Below are positions 1-10,353 of a stretch of 64,000 bases of DNA, in pieces. A program made the position numbers and the translations under genes. The stretch comes from Macrostomum lignano (Eukaryota): NCBI GenBank assembly GCA_002269645.1, contig NIVC01000020.1:434001-498000 (forward strand). The letters run 5' to 3'. The notes under the pieces are model-generated. The model had not been told where the DNA came from, made no database searches, and saw only the letters and a program-made list of their open reading frames with translations. Numbering within the stretch: the stretch's first letter is position 1; every line of letters begins with the position of its first letter.

Positions 1-470
1 TGTACAGCCGTTATGTGCCAATAGAGCGCCGCGGGCCCCACCACCTGCAGTGGGTCCCTGGACACTGCGGGCTTCAGGGAAATGGGCTGGCTGACGCCCT
101 GGCAAACGAGGCTGCCGCTGCGGGGATCGCCCCCCCCCCAGCCGCTCCCGGTCACCTTCAACTGTGCCAGGACGTTCATCAGCCGCTGTAGTCTGAATAT
201 GGCTATTGCCTATTTCGATCACTCGGAAGAACGAGAGCGACGCGAGTTTCCTGTCGCCGGGACGCCGTCCTCCTCATCGCCCGCATCAGAGATAGCGGGC
301 CACTGCAGCGCCCTCCGCCCATACAGCCAGGTTTGTCAACCCAGCTGAGGACCCCACATGCAAACGTTGCGGGGAGGCGCCCGAAACTGGGGAGCACTGG
401 CTGGCGGAATGCTCAGCACTGCACGCTGTCCGTGCGGCTGTTTGAGACGTGGGTGTCTCAGAGTAAAGTG
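1..470 (+). mobile_element. 3' remnant of a non-LTR retrotransposon (LINE) ORF2: RNase H C-terminus plus CCHC domain, degenerate
   Basis: From nt 42 the frame reads HLQWVPGHCGLQGNGLADALANEAA, the RNase H motif of RNH-containing LINEs (consensus WVPxHxGIxGNExADxLA). Downstream, across frameshifts and stops: RRDAVLLIARI..GHC..NPAEDPTCKRCGEAPET..EHWLAEC (C-terminal CCHC). The 5' part lies outside the window. Confidence 0.75.
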
Positions 471-1589
471 TGTTAACCCCACCCCTCCCCCTTGCGCCCT
501 CCTCTCCTCTGCCGCGTGCCAGGGGGGGGGGGGTTTAAACCCTGGCCTTGGCGCTGCGTGCAATTGCTCCGATTTTTACTCCCCTCCACTTTTCCCTTCT
601 CGTCGCCGTTTTGTGCTCGCCGCCATTTTACCCGTCTTTACCTTTCTTCTCTGTTGGTGGGGTTGCGGGTTAACAGTTATAGCTTCGACCAAAGATTAAA
701 GTTTGTGCGACTCTTTTCCATGTTCATTACTGATCCATGTGAGAGCTTAGCTGCTTCATCTCATTATTTCGAAGCCCCATTGTCTTGCAACTTGACGCTA
801 GATAGAACTTTTCCCACCTTCTCTTTCTTATCGCTTTCGATTTTTATTTGAGTGAGTAAAGATCGTTGTTGCTGTTATTGAAAATATATCGTTATTACCG
901 GTTAATCAGAGGTAGTCAGCAGGTGACATTTTAGCGCGAGATTTTATAGTCATATTTATACCCTACTGCGCGATCGCACTGCTGTGCCGGTCCCCAAAAA
1001 ACGATGTCTCCCCAGTGATCCACAACCATGCACCAGCTTCCCGTACAACTGAAATCGGTCTTCAATAGAATTTACAGGATGGACTGAGATCTAAGGAAAG
1101 CGATTGTTGCAGGTAAAACCAAGATATTACTAAATTAGAGAAAGGAATTCGCGAAATTTCTCACACGATTGCTAATACTAACAAAAGGAGAATTTGAGAA
1201 TGCGGTATTACGCAAGGGGGAGGAAGAAACGAGGGGAGCCATGTACGCCAATGATCGCTGATGTACGCTTGTAAAGCATAAAACCAACGCCAATGGGAAT
1301 GGCAGGCGAGTGTTGGGGCGAGAAACAAGCACGGAGCTCTCGAACGTGGTTCCACTCAGCGCCTAAACACGCAGGCTAGCTAAACAAGAAATTAAAATAG
1401 CCTATCCGCGCCGCATAGACGGTGGTTAAAAGGTATAAAGAAAAGTGCAAAATAAGCAATACAGTGAAAATAAACAATTGTATATAGAATTTAGCTATAT
1501 AATTATAAATAAGTTTATTATTCGTTTTATCAAATCTATTATTGAAAATTGATGATACAGTATTCAATCCTTTATGAGGCAAAAATAAG

Positions 1590-4552
1590 AACAAACAATG
1601 AACAGAATCACAGGTCGTAAAATCACAGGTAAGAGCACTGGAAATGATATAGACGAGAGGCGTTTCAAAAGTTCATAGAAAGCGTTACCCTTTCAAAAGA
1701 CAGCACAGCACAGCGCATGTGTACAGCACAGCACATTGAGGCTACTGGCCTCAAGCTGGTGGGTGCTCCTCCATATTCACCTGGCACTCCGCAGTTTCTG
1801 GTTGTTTCCAACAAAATCAATGAATAAGCAGTTGAATTTTCTCAAAAACCCTATTTTACCAGGTGCTTTAAAAGCTGCGTGCAGCGCATCAGGAAGTGCG
1901 GATCGTATTCGATGGGGATTACATTTGAGAGACTGGATTGAAGTGCTGATATCTAAGGCACTGCCCACTTTTATCTGCTTACTTTCTAACACTTTCTACA
2001 AACGTTAAAAAATACCACTCGGACTGCATGTGTAAGTAATAGTCATTTTAACAACTACGCAACAATCAGTATAAAATATTTTAACCCGACTTTATTTTTT
2101 TATTATTGGAATGGATAATATCTAAAGACAGAACACACAATCACGAAGCCAAATACGAATCAGGCAGTTTAGTCGTATGAAGTTAAATTTAAAATTCAAA
2201 GGGGGGGGGGCTGCAACAGGAAAGTGCGTGGACGTGTGTGATCGGAGTAAGAGGCACAAAGCAGTGGTCTCCCTGTCTAATTACTCGTAGTTTGTGAGAA
2301 TGGCGCAATTTTTCCAGCATGCGCTGCGGAGCTATGGAAAATCAATAATTGAATGGCAGCTGGGTTATGATTTTTAGCAGACATGCGAGTGTTACAAAAA
2401 TAAAGAGAGTTTTGTTTTAAATTTCGACTGAATATACATATGAACTTGAAATTTAGTAAAAAATGTCACACACATGCCTAGACAACAAACTTAATTCTGA
2501 GCTTTATCAATGCAACTGTGTTATCTTAATATGAAAGTCCAGGACTTCAGACCTTGAGATTAAAAATTACGATTTTTGTCTAAACTTATTAAAAGTTCTT
2601 GAAAAAATCTAATATTTCTAATCTTACTCCGCTAAGAACACTTAACTACTTCTGATAAAAGCTCCTCTTTCTGCTTTCTACGAGATATGGGCTAAATTTC
2701 CTGGAAATAATTTTGCAGTTTTGAGCTGACAGAGAATTGGCTGAAGTTTCTTTTGACTGAGACTATGGAACGTCCGAAAAGTCGTTCAGAGGTTTGGATC
2801 GAAGGAGGGCAACGGCATTTATCGCTGATCTATTTCAACTTGAAAAGAAACCGTGCGATATTGCTCGGGACCTGAATCAGGTATTTGGAGAATAGGCGCT
2901 ATCGCAAGCGCGGGTTCATGCTCACTGCAAGGCATATCGCGATGTCATGGTCGCCCTCGCATGTCAGCAGACGAAAACAGAAAACGTTGTCTGTGACTGT
3001 CTCAGCGCCAATCTTTCTGCCACAGTGCGTGAAGTTGAGGAGGTCTGCGGCATCTGCATTGCTTCTGCGAGTCGCATCCTCAAGGTGATAAACTGGTCAA
3101 GAGTCTAACGACGACTTAAACGACTTCTAATCAGCATGGATGACACCACTGAGGATGTTTAACCCATTGACCAAGCAGCAGTCATGCGGTGCAGCGGAGG
3201 CTCAGATTCCGTCAGCCGTACACGAAGCCAATGAAGTCGGCGTGGACATGCAACACCATGTGCACTGATTGGTTTGACGCCTTCGGGGTACTGATGGCCG
3301 ACTACCTGACAGAAAGGCCACCATCAATGCCACCTGGTAGAGTTTGTAAGGTAGAGTTTGTCCTCAAGAAGCGCTGCATCATACGGCCAAGCCATCATTT
3401 TGTGGGACAACGCTCGCCTTCACGCTGCTTCGGCCCACCACAAGAAAAGTGCAAGGGCTCAGCTTTCGGCTGCTTTATCACCCACATCATTCACCAGACC
3501 TCGCCATTGCTGATTTTCATTCAGTTTTGAGGACAAAGAAGCCTGCAAGGTCTCGTCTTTACCATCGGGAGGAAGTCATTGCAGCGGCCATATCTCTCGA
3601 TGTGCTCGATCTGCCTTGGAGTTTTTGAGAGGAGAGAATCAAAAACTGCTGCATCGCTTTGGAGAGCGCGCTGAAATCGCTGAAGAAATGGACGAGGGCG
3701 CTGCTTTTGACATGAGGAACAAGACAAGCTTGGTTACTTTCGCCACAGACAAAATCTTTATTTTTAATCTCATAAGTTAAAAGTTTATTCAGTGAAAAGT
3801 GGTCGTCATTGAGACTTCAGAGGCTAGCAACATCAATCAAAGACCGAACGCTATCCCAGCCGTGAGGCAATCATGCGACCCAAACGACCTCAAGCCTACC
3901 GCTGTACTGGAAAAGGATGGCGTCCGACTTAGTTTCTTCATTTAGTGGACTATAGACTAACGTGGAGTATTAAAGGAACTCATCTGGTCACATGCAGCCA
4001 TTGCACACGCTATGTATACGTGACATATCGGTTGTACTTTTAATGCCATGTTCATAAGTTTCACTTTGTACTTTTCAAGTTTAATCGCAAAAAAATACAA
4101 AAAAATCTTGCGTTACAAACGTTAACGCTTATGCCATAGACAAAATCTGCGGGCAACACACTGACGATTCCTTAGGCCGTCTTGCCCGCGAAATCGTGAG
4201 ACAACAAAATTCTCACTATACTTTTGAAACATGCCTACTTAATGCTTCGTACATGATGTGGGGAATAGACTCAATTCATGGTATATTATTGTACCATAAC
4301 GTACAGTATGAACTTTGGGCGCCGCAATATTTCATATGCCTCTAGATGTCAACAGCAGCAACAGTGGCAGGGGCAGCAATGAAATCGTCAAGCCACAGCT
4401 CAAGGCGGCAGCCGGCAGCCAAGTTGACATCACCAAAGCCATGACTATCTGAACAAGGAATGACATGGCCTATCCGCGCCCAGACCGTGGTTACAACAAT
4501 TACGAGGAAAAGTGCAAATAAGCAAAAAGTGCGAAAATTAAATTATAAATTT
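1590..4552. repeat. Segmental duplication unit, part X (paralog of ~30900-33430)
   Basis: Colinear similarity by eye along the whole block, e.g. 1740 gaggctactggcctcaagctggtgggtgctc vs 31063 gaggcttctggcatcaagtcggtgggtgctc, and 4350 gatgtcaacagcagcaacag vs 33226. This copy has an extra ~400 bp at ~3800-4200. Confidence 0.85.
2553..3776 (+). mobile_element. Degenerate mariner (Tc1/mariner) transposon
   Basis: From 2765 reads MERPKSRSEVWIEGGQRHFIADLFQLEKKPCDIARDLNQVFGE*ALSQARVHAHCK (mariner HTH). Later frames give WFDAFGVLMADYL, WDNARLH and HPHHSPDLAIADF (mariner HDNARPH and HPPYSPDLAPSD motifs). Inverted repeats at 2553-2580 and 3748-3776. Confidence 0.85.
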
Positions 4553-5335
4553 TGTTGTGTCCCGAGACGGACCAGCCAGCTACGTCTGGCGCTCTGTACG
4601 AGCAGGAAAACGCAGCCCCAGTCCTGCTGCTTGCCAACCCACTGTCGCACAAACGCGCAGGCAGTAGGCCAGCAACCAGGGTCGCAGCGAACGCACAGGC
4701 CCCGGTGACAAAGTCCTAGAGGCACTTGACCCCGAAATAACAGGAACAGAACGATACTTACTGTGGCGCGGATACTTGGCGCGCTGGGCGTCTATGTTGA
4801 AGACGATTGTTGGCACGCTTGTTTTTGGTTTATTGTCATATACTATTTGCGGCGAAGGAGTCAGAGGAGAAGCGGTCGCATGGGGGGGGGAGAGGACAGG
4901 AGCGCACGCCAATAAATATCTGCCAGCACAACATGGGGTGGGGCAAAAGCTGCAGGGTAAGCTGTAGAGAAAAGGCGGGGTGCGTAGAGAGAGTGAGCGG
5001 GGATTGGCTGCAGCCACACAAAACGCGACTGGGGGGTAGAAAACCAGAATTACAGAAAACAGCGACAGCCAATGAGAGAGCACGGAGGGGGAGGGATAAT
5101 AATAATCAGGGGTGAGAAAGTTGCAGACATAGGCTGGACAAATAAACAACTACAATAATAGTTCATCAATTGATTGGGTCTAGTGCAGTGGCACCAAAAA
5201 ATAAATAAAATACTCTAAGAAAATAGCTCACAACAAGTTGCAAGCATGGAAGGGGTGGGGAAGGTTGGCAGAGGGAGAGAGAGAGATAGAGAGACTACAG
5301 TAAGGGCAAATACATTGAGTTACGAATTCACAACA
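4553..5335 (-). repeat. 3' LTR (783 bp)
   Basis: TGTTGTG...CACAACA termini; near-identical to 15510-17299 once the nested insertion is removed; AATAAA on the minus strand at 4829-4834. Confidence 0.95.
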
Positions 5336-5348
5336 TTCTCCCCTTCTT
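5336..5348 (-). other. Polypurine tract (PPT)
   Basis: Minus strand AAGAAGGGGAGAA immediately precedes the 3' LTR TG. Confidence 0.9.
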
Positions 5349-6060
5349 GACGAAGTCACACAAAAAATGTTTGTACGGTACGGTATTTGAGACAATTCGG
5401 CTTGTACAAGTATCAGCGGGGCCTTTGCATGCGATGAACGAGATGAGCGAAAAAATTCCCTTCACCAGTGATTGAGAGCGAGCCGGCTGGCAATGGCATG
5501 AAGAGTGATGGATGACGCAAAAACATGAAAGGATGAAAGGGAGAACATAACATGGAAAATTCAACGTTGGCATGGAATACGGAACATGAACATTGAGCAT
5601 TGAACAGAAAATTGGCCAACAGGGCAAAAAGATGACAATTAACGTTGTATTAACTTGGTTATGCAAAAAACAATTATTAAGAATTAGCATCACGCCAGCA
5701 ATTAAGGCATCTCAGACGCAGCCAGGCTTGCAGCACGATCTCAAAACCAGCAACAAAATTGAAACTCCTGAGAATCAACAACAGCGCAAGGAATAAGCAA
5801 TCTTCGAAAATTTTACAGTAGTCAAAACTGACTTTTAAAACTCAGGTGCACTCAGCTAAGGCGGTCAAATGTAGGGCTGGTGTGCGGTAGGTCAGGTGTG
5901 GGGCTGGCGCGCTGTAGGTCAGGTGTAGGGCAGGTACATTGTAGGTCACTCGCGACAAGACTTTTCGATGAAACGCTTGCATCGCCTCCGCGGCAGTTGC
6001 TAAGGCTGAACCCGGGCCCGGGTCCTTTACATTCTGTCGCTACGATCCGTCGTTCGACGC

Positions 6061-6912
6061 TCACAGTTTCAACGAGTTCATGCCGCCACTCGTCGCTTCC
6101 TCGCCCAGGTCATCCAGGTCCTCTTCCTCGGCGTCCAGCACCAGGACATCCGCGTCCGCAGCAGGGCTGGAACGGCTGGGTTCCCCCGTCCCGGGTGCCA
6201 TTGGTGCCCGCCTAAAAACCTTATTGACCAGGAAGGGCCTAAAGCGACGCACTGACGCTACTAACACTCCTACACAGCGGAACTCTAGCGACTGAGCAGC
6301 TTCCCGCACCGCTCTTGATGTCGATTTGTACTCGTCGACGCTCATGACAATCTTCGAGCGGCCGATCTTTTTCGTCGCTAGATCTTTTAACCCATTCAGT
6401 AACGCTCTCTTGACCTCAGCTACCGCCTGACACGCCGAATATAAGTGCCGGATTTCCGCCATCAACCTCGCAATTTCCGATGCGTTCCCACGTAAACAAG
6501 CGCGCTTCAATTTGTTGCGGACCGCTGTATTCACCGGCTCATCTTCGCTTCCCACACTCGGCTTCCCGATCAAATGCAGTCGACTTTCCTGCTCATCCTC
6601 GGTGTCATCCTCAGATTCTGACGATATTTCCACCTGCTCAAAGTACTCAGTCGGTATTGCCATCCCAGCTGGCAGTCTCAGTCGTGACAGAAACATTTTC
6701 GGCGCCTGCGCACCCTCGGGACCAAACTGTTCGTACACGATTCGCAGAAACGGATCACTCAATACTCGATACGCTTCATTTATTTCTTGTGCCTGCCGCC
6801 GAGCGCCTGGCCCCACCTTGTCTGGATGTGCGTGACGTATGCGCTGGTAGTAAGCCTTCTTAACCTGCTGCGTGGTCGCATCAGATGCGACACCCAGGAC
6901 TTCGTAGTACAT
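6061..6912 (-). CDS. J-domain (DnaJ/Hsp40-type) protein, 283 aa, carried inside the retrotransposon between integrase and 3' LTR
   Basis: N-terminus YYEVLGVASDATTQQVKKAYYQRIRHAHPDKVG...QEINEAYRVLSDPFLRIVYEQFG matches the J-domain consensus with an intact HPD. Acidic tracts and a helical region of unknown type follow. Same strand as gag-pol. Confidence 0.9.
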   Translation of the reverse strand: MYYEVLGVASDATTQQVKKAYYQRIRHAHPDKVGPGARRQAQEINEAYRVLSDPFLRIVYEQFGPEGAQAPKMFLSRLRLPAGMAIPTEYFEQVEISSESEDDTEDEQESRLHLIGKPSVGSEDEPVNTAVRNKLKRACLRGNASEIARLMAEIRHLYSACQAVAEVKRALLNGLKDLATKKIGRSKIVMSVDEYKSTSRAVREAAQSLEFRCVGVLVASVRRFRPFLVNKVFRRAPMAPGTGEPSRSSPAADADVLVLDAEEEDLDDLGEEATSGGMNSLKL

Positions 6913-7013
6913 ACTTAAAATGAAACGGCAATTGACTTGCTAGAAGGTAGACGACTATTTAAATTCATGCACTTTTCTGCCTCCTTCATCCTGTGCGTTC
7001 GCTCCATGACTGG

Positions 7014-10000
7014 TCAGTGACGCACGGGATTACCAAAAAACTGCGTAGGGACCCGGTTTCTAACCGGGTTACGACGCTCTGGCGTGGGTGGCCTACCCGG
7101 ACTGCCAGGGACTCCGAAATCTACTGCTTCGGGTTGAGGCAGCTGCACCCAATCACTCTCGCCGTCTTCATCATCATCCTCCTCCTCGTTGTGCTCATCG
7201 AATTCCCGTTGCTCAGGACCGGTACACGTTGCCCATCTTGCTCGCTCCGTTCAGCGCGACGGTAAAGGTGCAAGTTGTTAAAGTGCACGGTTTTCCTCTT
7301 CCGGTTGTTCGTCGGGTGCCCTACCCTGTATCGAGTCGCACTTTCTCGCTTGAACACTTTCACCGGTCCAGTCCAGTACACATGGAACTTCTTTGCTTCG
7401 CCGGTCTCCAGACAAGGCTGATACACGTAGACCAGATCTCCTTCGTTGAATCCCGAACCACGAGCTCCCGTGTCGTACTGATCCTTTTGCTGTCTCTGAT
7501 ACGTTGACAGGTTGGTCCGCACGGTGTCGCCAGCTGCTTGCATCTTGCGACGTAGTTCAGCAACATATACCGTTGTTTCACTCGGCTGCACTTGAGGCGG
7601 CTTGTTCATCAGGTCAACAGGCAGTCGCATCTCCTCACCGTACACCAGGTAGTGCGGTGTGTAGCCGGTTCCTCGATGTACACTGGACCGATACGCCATT
7701 AGCACCGCCGGTATAAATTCTTCCCAACTTGACTGCGCTGCTCCATTTTCGACCATCAGGCTTCTCAAGCTGGTGCCGAGCGTACGATTAAGCTTTCCAC
7801 TTGACCGTTCCCCATTGGGTGGTACGGTGTCGTTCTTGTCTTCTTGATGCCTAGCAACGAGCACGGTTCCGTAGTTAATCTTAACTCGAAATTTCGGCCT
7901 TGATCCGAGTGCAGGAACTGTGGACATCCGTGTTGACTGATCCAGCGTTCGACAAACACCTTTGCACAGCTTGCCGCCTTCTGGTTTCGAAGCGGGTACG
8001 CATCCGGCCATTTGGTGAAAGCATCTTGAATCGTCAGGACGTACATGTTTCCTTTCCTTGTTCGTGGAAGCGGTCCGACAATGTCAACCATGACACGTTC
8101 AAATGGAGCACCAGTTTGAATCGGCTCGAGGGGTGCTCGGCCTCGCTGCTTCGTCTTTGATTTTCCGCAGGTTTTTTTTTTTCCCGAATGAACTCTTCTA
8201 CCAGTCTGCCAAGGCCCGGAAACCAAAATCGCGAGGTCACTTTTTTCTTCGTCTTGAAAAATCCGCTGTGCGCTCCACTGGCTCCACTGTGTAATTCTGA
8301 GATGACCAAATTCGTCGTTTCTGCCGTCAGAACAACTTTGAAATTCTTCTCTGTCCTGATGCACAGCAGGTCATTGACCATGCACAGTTCATCTTTTCTG
8401 GCCATCAGCGCCTTCCAGTAGGGCGTTCCTGGTCCCGGGTGCCCAGTTCCAAGCGACTCTAGTCGCCCTGTCTGCACTGCCTGTCTTAGCGGACGTAGTT
8501 CAGGATGCTTGAGCTGCGCTTCATGGACGCGTTGTTGGAGTCCCGACTCGAATGTTACTGCACCGACCTCAGGCTGCTCCTTGCAGGACGGGCACGTGGT
8601 TGCTCCAAAGCGGCTTCTCGGCCTACGTGATAACCCGTCGGCATTCCCATGGTCCCGGCCTGCTCGATGTATGATCGTGTAGTCAAAGCAGGCTAGCTGC
8701 TCCAGCCATCTCGCAGCTTGACCTTCAATATTCTTGAATGAATGCAGCCAGCGCAGACTGCTGTGGTCGGTTCGAAGAATGAAGTGCTTCCCGAGCAGAA
8801 AGTACTTGAATTGGCGAATAAAGGTGACTGCAGTGAGGAGCTCAACGCGGGTCGTGCAGTTATTCCGCTCTGCAGATGACAGGGTGCGTGATCCGTACGC
8901 AATGACTTTCTCCGACCCGTCCGGTTGCAGCTGAGATAGGACGCCTCCGATTCCCACTGACGAACTGCCATCTGTATCCAAGATGAACGGCGGTGCATCT
9001 GGAGCGAAGTTCGGGTACGCCATGACCTGTTCTCCGGTCAGCGCCTCTTTCAGCCGCTGGAAGGCTTCTTCTTGGGCCGGTCCCCACTGGAACGGTGATG
9101 TAGATCTCGTCAGTTCCGTCAACGGTTCAGCTGTGTGCGAAAAATCTTGAATAAAACGCCTGTAGTAGCCAACAGTGCCGAGAAACGCTTGCACATCCTT
9201 GAAAGTGCATGGTGTCGGCCACTCGCAAATGCTCGGACCTTCTCTGGGTCAGTTCCGATGCCGTCCGCCGAGACTCGATGACCCAGAAAGCTCACTTCGG
9301 AACTGAGCAGCTCGCACTTCTTCGGATTCAGCTTTAGATTTGCACTTCTCAGCCGCTGAAAAATTTCACTCAACCTGGCCAGATGATCTTCCACGGTGTT
9401 GGAAAAAACTAAAATGTCGTCCAGATACACGAGGCATATCTTCCAGGCCAATGGGTGCAGCACAGTTTGCATGATGCGGCTGAACGTTGCTGGGCCGTTG
9501 GTGACACCAAACGGCATCACTAGCCATCGGAATTGCCCGCGGTGCGGCACAGCAAATGCGGTCTTGTCTCGGTCTTCTGCAGCCACCGGAACTTGATGGT
9601 AGCCAGATCGCAGATCTAGGAAACTGTACACGGCTGTTCCATGTAGCGCTTCTAGGGCTTCATCGACGCGAGGTAGCGGAATGGCGTCCTTAACGGTCAC
9701 GTCGTTGACCCGACGATTGTCCACGCACATTCGAAGCGAATTGTCTTTCTTTCGCACACAGACCACTGGCGAGCTCCATGGGGACATTGCTCTTCGATTT
9801 TTCCTTGCGCCAGAAGCTCATCAAGTTGCTCGTCTACTTCTGCTCGAAGATGTGGCGGCAGTCGTCGTGGAGCCTGTTTGATAGGTCTTGCCGTCCCCGT
9901 GTCGATTCGGTGCTCACTGACATTCGTTACCGTGGCCTCGGCAAGTTCGGTTGCAAATACGTCTCTGTTGCACTGGATTAGCGCTTTGAACTTCGCCTCT

Positions 10001-10050
10001 TGCTCTGCCGACAAACCACAACTTCCCCAATTCTTCAGACCTGCTAGGAG
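7014..10050 (-). pseudogene. Duplicated pol segment (RT, RNase H, integrase), frameshifted, lacking gag and PR
   Basis: ORFs 9119-9787 (RT), 8034-9194 (RH), 7765-8364 and 7121-8011 (IN) mirror 10354-13388; the HHCC cysteines are lost at a poly-T substitution. Confidence 0.9.
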
Positions 10051-10252
10051 CACCCTCGGGACCAAACTGTTCGTACACGATTCGCAGAAACGGATCACTC
10101 AATACTCGATACGCTTCATTTATTTCTTGTGCCTGCCGCCGAGCGCCTGGCCCCACCTTGTCTGGATGTGCGTGACGTATGCGCTGGTAGTAAGCCTTCT
10201 TAACCTGCTGCGTGGTCGCATCAGATGCGACACCCAGGACTTCGTAGTACAT
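9914..10252 (-). pseudogene. Truncated second J-domain ORF fused out of frame to the pol linker
   Basis: Identical to the first ~68 aa of 6061-6912, then switches at the duplication junction. Confidence 0.85.
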
Positions 10253-10353
10253 ACTTAAAATGAAACGGCAATTGACTTGCTAGAAGGTAGACGACTATTT
10301 AAATTCATGCACTTTTCTGCCTCCTTCATCCTGTGCGTTCGCTCCATGACTGG

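Noticed and set aside
5328-5693. Hydrophobic ORF before the 3' LTR as a possible env
   Set aside because: AT-rich, no signal peptide/furin/fusion pattern, and it runs into the PPT and LTR; more likely 3' UTR.
7051-7069. Perfect 8-bp hairpin ACCCGGTT-TCT-AACCGGGT upstream of the J-ORF
   Set aside because: Short, lies within the coding integrase tail, and a single such stem is expected by chance in 64 kb.
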